A stretch of 62,080 bases of DNA, counting the filler, from Stramenopiles sp. TOSAG23-6 (lineage: Eukaryota): the NCBI GenBank assembly GCA_900128565.1. It is 16 parts of 16 records of this genome, joined end to end, with 100 filler letters (N's around TTAATTAATTAA, not from the genome) between each part and the next. Parts side by side here need not be neighbours in the genome. Positions count along the whole stretch, not along the records: positions 46,695 to 50,471 come from LT637383.1; positions 50,572 to 54,345 come from LT637384.1; positions 54,446 to 58,213 come from LT637385.1; positions 58,314 to 62,080 come from LT637386.1; 12 more parts are not named here. One strand, given 5' to 3'. Both the position numbers and the translations under genes were made by a program. Of the stretch, positions 49,160 to 61,977 are shown one piece after another. The notes below the pieces were generated by a model. It saw nothing but the letters and a program-made list of their open reading frames with translations. It was not told the DNA's origin and searched no databases. How positions within the stretch are numbered: the first letter of the stretch is position 1; each line of letters opens with the position of its first letter.

Positions 49160-49596
49160 AGTGTAAGATGAGTATGTACTTTGTAACAACTGAATGTACG
49201 TAGCGTACAAACAACGCGTGTTGCATCTTGCTTCGGCCGACTCGTCAAAAAATTTTCAATCTATTTTTCAAGTTTTCAATTTCGTTGTCTCAAAAATCTC
49301 AAAAAAAAAAAGCAAGCAAAAACACGAAATACAAAAAAAAAATCAAGTTCATTTTTTGACCACCACCACTCGAAAAAAAAAAACAACAAATTTGATTTGA
49401 AATTCACAATTCTACAATTAAATAAAGCCAATTCTTCTTCAAAAAAGAAAAAAACAGTCAATGAATTCTGTCTATACCATTCAATGTGTCCATTGTATAT
49501 AATTTCTTGTATAGTTTCAGTGAAACAGAATTTAAATACTGCAAGTGGTATTATTCCACGGGATATCGACGTGTAGAAAGTTCTATTTTGAACAAC

Positions 49597-50444
49597 ATGG
49601 AAAAGCAATCAATTTCTCGACGTAAACAATCAAGACCAGTAAAGAAACACAAACTTTATGCTCCTTCTACTCGTTCATCATCAGCATCTGCAGTAGCTAT
49701 ATTAGCCCTACAAGGATTGCGGTCTGGTATGGAAGACGTGTATGACATTGTCGAAGATGACTCCGTCTCAAATTTATCAGAAGTTGGTGCAAAGTATTAT
49801 GCAGTGTATGATGGTCATGGAGGTAGACTTGCTGCTGAATTTTGTTCCAAACATCTTTTACAAACAATAGTAAGTCAACCTGAATTCGTCAAGGAAGCCA
49901 ACAATTCAACTAGTTTTTATACTAATTCTGCTAAACACTCAAAAAACACAAAAAACACAAAAAAGCGAAAAAGAAATTCGAAACAAGATGAAACCAATTA
50001 CAACCAAAATTACTTTTTCCGTGCAGTGACGAGAGGCTTCTTAGAAGTTGATCAAAAGTTTTGTGAACTAGCTACACAAGAACAACTCGTTGATGGTACA
50101 ACGGCAACGTCAGCTTTTGTATTTAATAGTCATATCGTTGTTGCAAACGTGGGTGATTCAAGAGCCATTTTAGTCAAAAATAATGGTCAAGTACGTTTTC
50201 AATTTTTTTTTCATTTTTTTTTTCGTACGAAATTTCGTACCTAACAATTTTTTTTTTTTTTTTTTGAAATATTTTTTCATACTACAAGTGAAATGCCTCT
50301 CTACTGATCACAAACCTGAAACTGAAGGAGAGACTGAACGTATCATCAAAATGGGAGGTACAGTGACGTATAAAAATGGTATTTCACGTGTTAGTTCAAT
50401 GCTTGCGATTACACGCGCTGTTGGTGATGCAGAATTGAAACCAT
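49597..50444 (+). CDS. Protein phosphatase 2C, 3' truncated; intron 50191-50287 (GT..AA)
   Basis: QGLRSGMED, AVYDGHGG, DGTTA, ANVGDSRA, LSTDHKP, LAITRAVGD. Confidence 0.94.
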
Positions 50445-50624
50445 GTACGTTTTGTTTTGACATTTTGAAAGNNNNNNNNNNNNNNNNNNNNNNNNNNNNN
50501 NNNNNNNNNNNNNNNTTAATTAATTAANNNNNNNNNNNNNNNNNNNNNNNNNNNNNNNNNNNNNNNNNNNNACGAAATTTTGTACCTAACGATTTTTTTT
50601 TTGAAATATTTTTCCAAAATACGT

Positions 50625-50950
50625 GCTTCACACTACTGTGGCAGCATTTAGATGGCCCATCGTCACTCGAAATACTCACAAATGATTCTTGGAAAAGTGT
50701 ACCTCCAATAGAGAATACGTTTGTAGTGAATATCGGGGATATGATGGCTCGGTGGAGTAATGATTTATTTCAATCAACGGTTCATCGGTCTCGCGTTAGT
50801 GAGAATAAGGATAGATATTCTATCGCATTCTTCAGGGCATGTAACTTTGATACAAGAATTGAAAATCTATTGAAAAACGAATCACCAAAATACGAACCAA
50901 TCCTTGCGGGTGAACACATGTTAAATAGAATATTAGATGCTAATTTATAA
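50625..50950 (+). CDS. 2OG-Fe(II) oxygenase (IPNS-like), terminal exon
   Basis: FTLLWQ, VVNIGDMMARWSNDLFQSTVHR, RYSIAFF. Confidence 0.88.
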
Positions 50951-50955
50951 TATAT

Positions 50956-51405
50956 TTATGACTTTCGTTTTTGAATGGAAGCAGCTATGCGCCGTTTAAC
51001 TATTAAAGCTGCATGGACTTTAGCATCGATAATATTCTTTTTCTGTTTTTTCTTCTGTTTACATTTCTGTCCTTGTCTTGATACTTTTACACACTTTTTT
51101 GTTATTCTTTTATCCTGTTTTAAATCCTTTTGTTTCCGCTTTGTTTTTGCAGTTGAAAGTTTACTTTTTTTCGTTTTTGACTGTTGCCCCTTCAAAGATA
51201 ACGTCCTAGTTTGAGCACGCTGCTTTACCTTTTGTTTTGCAACATTTCTTGCTCCATTTAGAGAGAATGGTAAAGGTGCGTCCACCATAGTAACATCTGT
51301 ACCAGTCTCTTTGAATTCTTCCAAACGACGGCGTTTTGGTATCAACGCAGGACTTTGACTGGTTTGCTCCATGTAATCATCCGAATTACTTCGTCGTCGT
51401 TTCAT
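50956..51405 (-). CDS. Small basic K/R-rich hypothetical protein
   Basis: ORF from ATG; NLS-like motifs. Confidence 0.5.
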   Translation of the reverse strand: MKRRRSNSDDYMEQTSQSPALIPKRRRLEEFKETGTDVTMVDAPLPFSLNGARNVAKQKVKQRAQTRTLSLKGQQSKTKKSKLSTAKTKRKQKDLKQDKRITKKCVKVSRQGQKCKQKKKQKKNIIDAKVHAALIVKRRIAASIQKRKS

Positions 51406-51838
51406 TTGTACGTCTACCCAAAAGAGTATACTTTTGAACACTACCTCAAACTAGTACTCTAGTCGCACGATTCGACAAAGGCGGACTATTACTATTACTA
51501 TAGTATTTTCATTCAGAGTTCAGGGACACAATAAAAACAACTTTGAATATTCCTTCCCCGACAAAAAAAAAGAAGCAGCGCTACGTAAAAATAACAGTTC
51601 GAGTTCCGTTAATTTTTTGAATTTTGAATTTATTTTCGAGATTTTTTTTGACCGAGAGAGAGAGAGAGTACCACCCTCAGCCAAACTCAAACAGACTTTC
51701 CGAATTATCTATTGGTGTAGATGACATTAAATTACTTCCACGTGTAGACGGAAAATTTAGAAATATTTTAGCAGTAAAAGGTAGATCAGATAATAAAAGT
51801 CCGTACACTCTGAAGTGTGGGTCGAGCAAAACGTGCCC

Positions 51839-53561
51839 ATGAAAATACTGAACTTTCTTGGGCCTCCTGAGCATCCTTCTCGCTCCCTGACATCTATATT
51901 TCATAACGTTTTCTGGGGTTCATTAATATTACAGCTGACAAACGTTATCTTTATATCTAGTTTTGCTAAATCTGATGTGTTAAAATCTGCGTCATGGGTT
52001 GTTTTATGTTCGTATTTACTTCAAATTCCTCAAGTTTTGGCTGCTTTATTTGGGAACTATTTTTTAATGAGATACTTAAACTATGCAACTTTAAAGGATT
52101 CGTGTTACATGTACATGAGTACAGTATTAGGGTTTTCAGGTGTGTATTATGCTTTACACATGTCACTTCCAAGAACCGAAAGTTTCGAGTCGAATGATCC
52201 ATATGTTTTTGAAGACCACCCGATATATCTATTTGTTACTATGTTTTATATGTCCGTGCAAACTCAAACTCTTTGTGGAATAGGGGACTTTTCTCCTGTC
52301 GGAATTGTACCAGAGCTAGTTTCGACTTTACAAATGCTTTGCGGAATTTATTATGCAGTTTTTATAATATCCCACACACAAGGACTGTTTAATCGATACC
52401 AGGAAGATTACGTTGAGGAGTCTTTTTCTACAACTTCCGAAGCTCAAGATTTTTTCTCGAAATGCAGGAAATGTTGCTCAAATAATCGGACTATCCATTC
52501 AGTACGAGTTTTTATGAGGACTTACTTATTGCTTATTAGTTTATTTATCTACGGATCAAATCTCATCTTACTTCAACGGGTATGTTGTAGTCGTCATTTT
52601 TTTTTTCGTACGAAATTCCGTACCTAACGATTTTTTTTAGAATTTTTTTTCACAATATATCTACGACCCAACGTGTTACACGACACTGAATATAAATATA
52701 GTGTTATTTTTATGGAGATTATTTTCCAAAGTCTTCAAATTTCAATTGTGTTGATTTCATCCTGGAAATTTACTCGTCATATTGAAGAAATTTCAATTAC
52801 TTTTCTAATGCAAGCCTTTGTTGCTACATGTACGTTTTCATCAAGATTTTTTTTTATTTTTTTTATTTTTATTTTTTTTTTATAGTAAATTTTGTACCTA
52901 AACAAAAAAGTTTTTTTTTTGTTTTTTGAAACTTACCTATTCTTTCATGTACTAAAGCATTCCCAAAATTGATATATTTTTTCACCATACTTGTGTAACG
53001 TTTTCAGGGCTTTATAATGTTGTATTTTTATTTAGCCCAATAGGTGATCCAAGTTTTTCTTTACCTTTACATAAAAGTGGAGGTAATGATCAATTCATTG
53101 TCAACATTAGCGAACTTTTCTTTTTTTCTGTTGGTACACAAACAGCGACTGGATTTGGGAATGTCTATCCTAGGAAGTGGTTTACTAGATTATTAGTTAG
53201 TGTGCAAATGCTTATTTCAGTTGTTTTTATAGTCGTTATTATGGGACGTGGTGTAAGTACCCTTCAAGACCGAAGAGCAATGGAGTTACAATTGGAATAT
53301 AATCATTTGAATGAGCGCGATTTGGAAATGGAAAACTCGTTTCATGATTCTATTAAGTCTGACGGTAATTTTCGAGACACGATATCTTATCAACAAAGAG
53401 CTCGTGAAGATTCAAATACATCGTGGAGTCGACATTCAAAAGCATCCTCTAAAATATCAGTCAAACATTTTCTACCCATAGACCATACTCAAAAAGATGA
53501 AGTTGATGCTGCAAACAACCATGGGAATATACTAGGAGGAGGCGGAGAATATCACTTTTAA
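51839..53561 (+). CDS. Ion-channel-like protein with two K-channel-type pore modules; introns 52580-52660 and about 52830-52992
   Basis: FYMSVQTQTLCGIGDFSP and FFFSVGTQTATGFGNVYP with flanking TM helices. Confidence 0.75.
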
Positions 53562-54445
53562 AAAACTGGTACGGTACGGTAGTGCTGACTAATAAACCTT
53601 GGTTGAATAAAATATATAAGGTGTTGAAATTTAGGGTTTTTATCCTTCATTTGGTGCATTCAGAAATTTTGTAACTCATTTTTTATTATTAAATAAGGAA
53701 AACGTATGTAATAAATAATAAATGATTTGAGTAGTCAATTTTCATTGGAGGCCTTATTGTCGGAGTAACAACTGTATCAAAAACTTAAGCTGAAGAATTC
53801 CTGAAGATTCCTTTAGGTACGGAATTTGGTACAAAAAAAGCGATGAAGCGCCAAGCGATGACGAAATTGGGTCGATGTGTTATCATTAGATGTTTTTTTG
53901 CAGTTTGATAAAGTAGTTATTTTCATTGTTTTTTGTTTTTACAAATATTTGGTATAAAAATTTCGTATAAAAATTTGGTGTATTTCTAAATTATTCTGTT
54001 AATAATAATAATGCTTGCTTTTAATTAGTCTAAAGGGTCCAGTACCTTGATGATCAATTTAAATTTACTAATCTATCGGTAAATGGTTTATTTCATTTAA
54101 TTAATCTGAAAGGTTTTGTGTTGTTACCCGGTAGCTGGACGAACGCTTAAATTTTCCAAACGTTTTCATTCAAAAATCTATATGATACAATTTCAATTTC
54201 AAATTTATTTCAAAAGATAGATCGCTTTACCCTCAATACCTTGTTACCACTTTTTACATCGTTGATTAATACCTTTGCTGTTGGAGTTTCAGGATTGTGT
54301 TCATATGAAGCTGGCAATATTTGATGAGCAATTTGAATCGAAGCTNNNNNNNNNNNNNNNNNNNNNNNNNNNNNNNNNNNNNNNNNNNNTTAATTAATTA
54401 ANNNNNNNNNNNNNNNNNNNNNNNNNNNNNNNNNNNNNNNNNNNN

Positions 54446-57400
54446 TTATTGATGTGCTTATATACAATGAAAATTTGAATGTTCGCAGTCTTGTCGCAGA
54501 TACGCTGAAAGATGCTTGTTCTCGATCAACGCGTTGTTTTCATTTTGTATTTGAGAATTTAACGTCTGAACTCCAACATCTTGATATGCTATGCCCAACT
54601 TCAGCAGAGTTTTTTTCATTACTTCAGCATCTTGGTGGGAAATCATCTCTTGCTGATTCTGAGCCTTTAGCTGCGACTTTATGTGAACGTTTAATTTCAT
54701 TTCCTCGGGATGCCGATGTACCATCTTCTACATCTGTGGCTATTACAATTGCTCCACGATCACATTTGATGTCTCCTTCATTGCCAATGTTATCCTCGAG
54801 TTTGCCAGGACGTGTCAGTACCTCAACTTCAGACTCCGAAGGTAGCGACCACGTGAATGAGTTAAGTGAAGAAAATCGATGTGTTGTTCCATTTCTAGTT
54901 GGTGCTCTTCAGATACTTCGATCCTTATGCTTACGTCAGTCTGGTGTAGTTAGTGTCAGTTTTGCGAAGTTTCTATTTGAAGAATTTTTGTTTTCTGTTC
55001 CATCACCGACGAATAAATCATATTGGCCTGTGTGTCGCACCCCTCAAACAAGACGTGCTGCATTTCAACTTCTTGGTACACTTCAAAAAAGCTCTGTAGA
55101 AATATTGACAGTTACATCCTCACTTGCGCTTGAACTTGTCAACAATGTTGCAAAATCATTGAATGATACATGGGATTTCGTGCCTTGTACGGAGCTTCGA
55201 GGAAGTCATTTATTTTCAGGCCTTCATAACCAAGGATGTACATGTTACATAAATTCACTCGTTCAACTACTTTTTATGACGAAAGCGTTTAGTCGTGGTA
55301 TCATGAAATCATGTTCAAGTATCCCTCATCAGAATGTATCAACCTTATCAGAGTATGATGGATTATGCTCTGGTGCTGACTTGGTGGGTAGACGAGTATT
55401 GATTCTATGGGAAAGTGGACATAAATATTATGCTAGGGTAGAGCGCTATATTCCATATGCAAGTGGAAAACCGGGAGGAAATCATTATATACAATATGAT
55501 GATGGAAATATATCACTATACGATATGTCGATTGGACGAAGTGGATTTGAAACGTCTACATTTCATGTTTTACCTAAATGCATTGACGAAGAAGATGGTG
55601 GTGCATTGTTTATGCGTCAAGTTCAAAGGACATTTCATTTTCTATCAGATAGTGTTTTAACTGCATTTGATCCTGTAGATTTAGTTGAATCGTGTAAAAT
55701 TTTGAACCTCAACTATAATGTACATCAACAAAACGATGCCGCAGAGTTCTTGGATAAAGTCCTTGGTGCCATTGATGACCATTTGAAAAAAAAAGGTAAG
55801 CCAAAGAATAGTTCTATTCCAAGAAATCATGTGTATGATTGTTTTGCTGTAAGTCTAGTTAAACAAAAAATCCCACACGGTTGTCCCAAGGCTCATATAG
55901 TGGAAAGAGAGGAGATTTATTTGCGCTTAGAGATGGATATTCGAGATAAAAGTAGTCTTGAAGATGCTTTAATGGCGTATACAATGGGAGAGGAAATGAC
56001 TGGGGACAACAAAGTTTTATGTGATATGTATGTTTTATTTTTTTTCAATTTCGAATTTATTTTTCGTACGAAAGTTTGTACCTAACGATTTTGAAATATT
56101 TTTCTAAAATATATGTGTGGTGAGAAAAAAAATGTTACTCTTCGCTCTGCATTTGGGAAACTTCCGAATACCCTATTAGTTCATTTAAAGCGTTTTGATC
56201 TTGATTTTACAACATTTGAACCTGTTAAATTGAATAATCGCATCGACTTCCCAGTTCGACTTAATATGAAACCGTATACGAAGGAAGGAATTGCAGAACG
56301 CGAAGCTCCACAAAGTTCACCAACATCTCCTGTAGGTTCGGATACATCGAAGGGTGATTGTGAAAATGATTCATTGAATGATGTAAATGATCTCTTGGAT
56401 TATGAATATGAATTGAGTGGTGTATTGATTCATTCTGGTGTTGCTCAAGGTGGCCATTATTATTCATTTATCAAAGACAAGGAGAGAAGTGAAAGAACTG
56501 TTGTATCCCTTCCATGCGGATCTTCAAATGACACTGGTGATTCTAATGATAATATATATTGGGATGAAGGTATCTGGTTTCGTTTTGATGATGATCGTGT
56601 TAGTCCGTTTGATGCGAAAGATATCGACCTTGAGTGTTTTGGAGGTGTTTCAACACGTAAAATTCGCGAACTTGATGGTGGTAAATACGTGGATCGAGTA
56701 ATTCAATTGCCACGGACTTCTAATGCTCTTATTATATTTTATGATAAGATTCTTCCCACCCCTCCCACAGAAGAAGATACAGTAGAAGAGAATCGACATA
56801 GAAGTGATAGTGCTAAATCACCATGTAATAAAACTCAGAAATCTTTACTTGAGAAAAAAATGGCAAACACGAAATTGCATAATGAGTCATTGAAAAGTAG
56901 AACGTTGATACCAAATGGAAGTGTCATCTCAGATAAACCTGAACCTGTTGATTATTTTTTAAAAGAAGTTTGGGAGAACAATCAAATGTTAATACGAAAT
57001 GCTTATGTACTAAGCCCAGATTTTCATAGTTTACTCTTCTCCATGTTAAATGCTCCAAATGAATTAATATATGATAGTACAAAATCTATTGAGAAACCTG
57101 ATGTGAACAAGCCCCCACCATTACCATCTAACATAAATAATAACAACTTTTCTAAGTTGACTATTTCAACTGAAACACTAAAAAACGATAAGGGAAATAC
57201 CGGTAAAGAAATATGTAATGATACTGAGTTTCTCTTAGTAAAATTAGGCACCATGTTTTTTTTAGATACTATTCTCCATGCGGCAAATAAAGTTGACATG
57301 GGTAATAATCTTCCGTCTCTAATTAGGTTATACGAAAGAAATCCAGCGTGTTGTCGATGGTTACTAGAAAAATTGATCTCTTGCGAAAGTTCAGAAGATT

Positions 57401-58213
57401 CGGCATTATCTTGTAGCTCCTGTTTACGTAAGATATTAATAGAATGTTCATCTAAAGAATCACGAATTGTAATTTTACGTCTCATTGTAGTAGCCGTTCG
57501 AACTCTTTCTAGTTTACCTGAAGAAGTTGTCATACTACAAAAAGCTACCGATGAAGCAATGCAAAGATATTCTACTCTTCCAAGTGATGAAATGAAGGGT
57601 GAGTTGGTCAATATTGCGACATCGATGCAATTAGAAAATATTTGGGATCCTCTACTAACTGGAGTATACGCAGATTGTCCAAGATCTGATCAAGGTAGTA
57701 TCATTTTGCGGTTTTTATCTCATTTAATGTCTCATCTTGAAGTTGTAGCAAAGTTTTGGAGACACATGGATACATATTTTGACCTACTTTATCAACTTGC
57801 TCAAATATCTCCAATTCGCAAATATCTATTTGTACAAGATGTAGTCGCTGTTTTGATCAATTTCTTTATGCAAGGGAATTCCCCAGTGGCAAGTATATTT
57901 CCTGCTTTACCTCAAATGGGACCCAGATCATCATCTTCTGATACTCAAGTGGTTCATAATCAAGATCAACAACAGGCTGGTCTTCGACCCGATTTTAAAA
58001 CATTATTGGAAGCTATTTCACAACTTGCAAATTCTAGTGTTAAGCCTGTCCAAAAGAAGTTACTTCGAGAAAGTAATCCTGTGATTCATTTATCTGAAGA
58101 TATAAAGTCAATAGCGGCTCTTTCTGCTGATGGTTGGAATATGCCAGAAGTAACCCCTCAAACTCCACCTCAGCTATCTATACTAGCCACCAAAGCTTTA
58201 TCAGCAATATTCG
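54446..58213 (+). CDS. Large ubiquitin-specific protease (USP9/24/34-like), internal fragment; intron 56028-56114
   Basis: GLHNQGCTCYINS, QQNDAAEF, CDM|C zinc pair, HLKRF, HSGVAQGGHYYSFI. Confidence 0.93.
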
Positions 58214-58364
58214 NNNNNNNNNNNNNNNNNNNNNNNNNNNNNNNNNNNNNNNNNNNNTTAATTAATTAANNNNNNNNNNNNNNNNNNNNNNNNNNNNNNN
58301 NNNNNNNNNNNNNACAAAATTTCGTACGAAAAAAAATTCGAATTTGAAAAAAAATAAAACATAC

Positions 58365-59175
58365 ATTTTGACTCGACATTTTTTTGTAATCCATAATAGT
58401 AAGAAAGTGAAAATACTATACTGACTACCAATGAAATATACTTGATCCAAAACTCATATCGTGTAAATTCTTCGTTGACATATTTCATTACAAATTTACC
58501 TTTGAGCTCATGAGGTTGGAATTGGTGTTTGTCTTGCGCTGCGATCTTTCCGAGGTCAGCGTGTGAGTATCGACCATCACCATTTGCGGAATATCCTTCT
58601 TCAGAAACAAGACCTGTAGACATATATGGATGGATAAAAGTAACTTCAACTTTATAGGCCGTATACTCGAGGTGATTCACAGCGAAAAGTGTTTTAGATT
58701 TGCAAAACTTTTCTCCACCTTTACAACTCATTTTCCTTGTGATATTTGACTTCTCAAAGACTGTTTCCGCTTTGTTTTCATCTGCATCAATGAGACCAGA
58801 CGCCTTGAGACTAAACGTTAATTCAAAATCGATATCTCTAGCGGTGTCTTGTGCCTCCTTACCATACTCAAATGGGTGCTCCAACAAAAATTCTAAGTAA
58901 AACACTTGATGCAATGGAGTAAGTGAAAAAAGAGATCCGTAAAACGTCGGACTGCAATCATATTTAGTACAGCTCATAATTTCAGATTCTCGTGAGACTG
59001 AAAATACATCAGGCGCTGTCGAAGGTGCTCCAATGATTGCGCATAAACATACTGACAAAAGAAACAATATAAGGAGGAACAGAAGTTTAACAGTCGAACA
59101 GCCGGGGTGGTCAATTCGAGTTTTGAAGAAACTATCGGCTTGCATAGCGCGACGACGATTTGCGACTCGGGCCAT
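58365..59175 (-). CDS. TMEM181/Wntless-like membrane protein, 3' truncated
   Basis: N-terminal TM, luminal CxxxxxxC, NEEFTRYEFWIKY before the next TM. Confidence 0.65.
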
Positions 59176-59430
59176 CTTATAATTTTTGGTTAATTTAAAA
59201 ACTATTTATAATGTTATTCGTTCGAAATTCATTCATCTCGAGTCTTCGTTCGCACTCGCCCTCCCTCTAAAATTTGATTGATGTGTGATTCTTCGCATTC
59301 GTCTCGCGGGAAGAGAAAAACGTTTTTTTTNAANAAANCNGTTTTNGGATGATAATATTGTTGTGTATTCCTTCAATTTGAAATTTATTCGAAAAAAATT
59401 CTAGTCAAAAACGAAGGGAAAAAAAGCTGT

Positions 59431-59432
<2 letters not shown>

Positions 59433-59473
<41 letters not shown>
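59433..59473 (+). repeat. (TC)n microsatellite upstream of GCP4
   Basis: Direct reading. Confidence 0.95.
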
Positions 59474-59476
<3 letters not shown>

Positions 59477-59496
59477 GATTTTCCGGAATAAGTACA

Positions 59497-60718
59497 ATGC
59501 AACATGAAATATTGCTGGCCCTTTTGGGTCACTCTGGCGAAGTGATTGTTGATCATGGAAACACCAAGGGTTTCAAAGTAGTTTCAAACTTACCTTTTCT
59601 CGCGACATCTGACCAAGAACTGATCAACCGCATTGTTAAGTGCGGGTGGCATTTCCGTGAACTAACACAGTTTATTAAATGTAACCGCGAGTATGAAAGA
59701 GGTATACCTGTTTCAGGACTATATTTGAGAGCATTTTGTGTGGGTTTAGAAAGTGTTTTGGATGACTATCGTAAGTTAATTGTTGCAGCAGAAGAAACTT
59801 TCCTGGAGGAATCTGAGCTCCCAATTGTAAAGTTATATCAACTTCTTCACGACTATAGTGTCATATTACCGGCACTTCACCGCATCATAAAACAACTAAA
59901 GAAAGATAAAATAAAGGGCCTCCAAATAGTAAATCTCTTGCACAAGGAATCTATGTGTGGATTTCCAATTTTTGAGACATGCATGGTTCGTTTGCTAGGA
60001 GGATGTCTTGGCGTCCTTTTTAACCAAATTCTTGCTTGGTGTGTGCACGGTATTCTTGTTGATAACTACGGAGAATTTTTTATTATGGAGCGACATGGTC
60101 CACCATCTCGGTCTAATGCTCCAGATGCACTTGTTGCTGAACATGAGTGGACAGCCAGTTTTAAAATTCGTTATACAATGGTGTACGTTTTCATCAATTT
60201 TTTCCCCTATATTTTGTTTCGTACGAAATTTTGTACCTAACGAATTTTTATCAAAAAAAATCCCAAATTACATGCCACACGATTTTCTGCCTACTTCAGT
60301 TGCCGAACACGTATTATTCATCGGCAAAGCTGTTCGCGTTTTAAAACGTTGTGGAAACACATCAACACCTCAAAACCGTCAAAATATGCCATCGAATGTA
60401 AATGAGACATCTACTTTATCCATTGAAGATGAAATGAAATTTACAAAAGTGCTACTAAAGCTTCGGTCTGATGCTGCTCTCTCCAATTCAAACTCTAAAA
60501 GTCTTTTTGACACTAGTATGAAGAGTAAGAATGATGCGCAACTCAATGTATTGCAAATTGAACATACTGTTGAAGCACTCCGAGTATCCATTGCAAAAAA
60601 ATTGCTTCACTTGGTTGTAAAAGACGCCGAATTGTTTCGAGTCCTCGCCTTAATTCGGCAATATTTTCTTTTGGGAGATGGTCATTTTTATCAAGAGTTC
60701 GTATCCAGTAGTCGAAGT
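59497..60718 (+). CDS. TUBGCP4: Gamma-tubulin complex component 4, partial; intron 60183-60273
   Basis: MQHEILLALLGHSG, GLYLRAFCVGL, DNYGEFFI, VAEHVLFIGKAV, YFLLGDGHFYQEF. Confidence 0.88.
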
Positions 60719-61252
60719 NNNNNNNNNNNNNNNNNNCCGAACATGATATAAAACTCGGTGCTTGGCAAAATGCTGCGTATTCTACTGGTCTTTTCTCCAG
60801 AACTAGTACAAATATAGAAAATAGAAATAGACATGTCGCTTTAGGGTTAGAATCAGAATTTGGATTTGGTATTTACGCAAAAGATATATCCCCTGTAAGA
60901 TCCAAAGAAAATATTTCTGAAAATGTTAATTATTTAAATCCTGAAAATGCTAAACATCCTGAAAATATCAATCATTATGGAATCATCGATTCCGAACACG
61001 AATATTCTCGAATGTTTGGGGATGAAAATATAAGTTCGTGTGTAGGAACTAGAATAAAAAAAGGGGTGAAAGATCAGCGAGAGTNNNNNNNNNNNNNNNN
61101 NNNNNNNNNNNNNNNNNNNNNNNNNNNNNNNNNNNNNNNNNNNNNNNNNNNNNNNNNNNNNNNNNNNNNNNNNNNNNNNNNNNNNNNNNNNNNNNNNNNN
61201 NNNNNTAACAAATTTTAGTTTTTTTTTTTTGAAATATTTTTCCAAAATACAC

Positions 61253-61977
61253 TTACTTCTCATCGGGTCAGCAGCGCATTTTATAGGCCATTCTGAAACG
61301 ACTGATGAAAAATCAGGAAATGAAAATGTTTTGACATCAAATATTGAAAGTGGGTGTAATACATTAGTAGAGGGTTGTCTGAATAATAGTGTACATACTA
61401 CGAATGATTCGCTAAGTAGTACGACTATAACTGATAATAATTTATTAGATATTCAGAGTGAAACTCCTGCGCTTCTGATTGCTACCCCACCTGCTACTGT
61501 CAACGGTATTTGGCTATCTGGTGCTGTATGGACATCATCCAAAAAAAGAATTACTTCTGGTTTTGAAACAACTTTTTGTTTTTCGGCTGGGACATCTGGT
61601 GTTGCATTTGTTGTACAGAATAATAGAGCTACAGCACTTGGAGAATACTCTGAAGGGGAAGTAAATGAGGATAGTCAAAAATCTGATGCTTATGCTTTAG
61701 GCCATAATATCCCACGATCTGTTGCAATATTATTTCAACTAACGTCTGAAGGTGGGATGAGGGTATCCATTCGTTCTGTTAGTAAAGAAAAAATATCTGT
61801 TGATTTACCTTCTGAAATGTTTGTTGTATCAGAAACTCAACAAAATAGTATTGATTGTCAGTCACAAGTAGAGTATACAATTCGAGTAAAATATATGTAT
61901 GGAGCTGAAAGAAAATGGTGTCTAAAAGTATTTATTAATGACCTACCTGACCCTGTTCTTTGTCACCATATTGACAT
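61253..61977 (+). CDS. Exon encoding an L-type lectin/ConA-like domain
   Basis: GAVWT..GFETTFCF..GVAFVVQN..LGHNIPRSVAILF. Confidence 0.6.
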
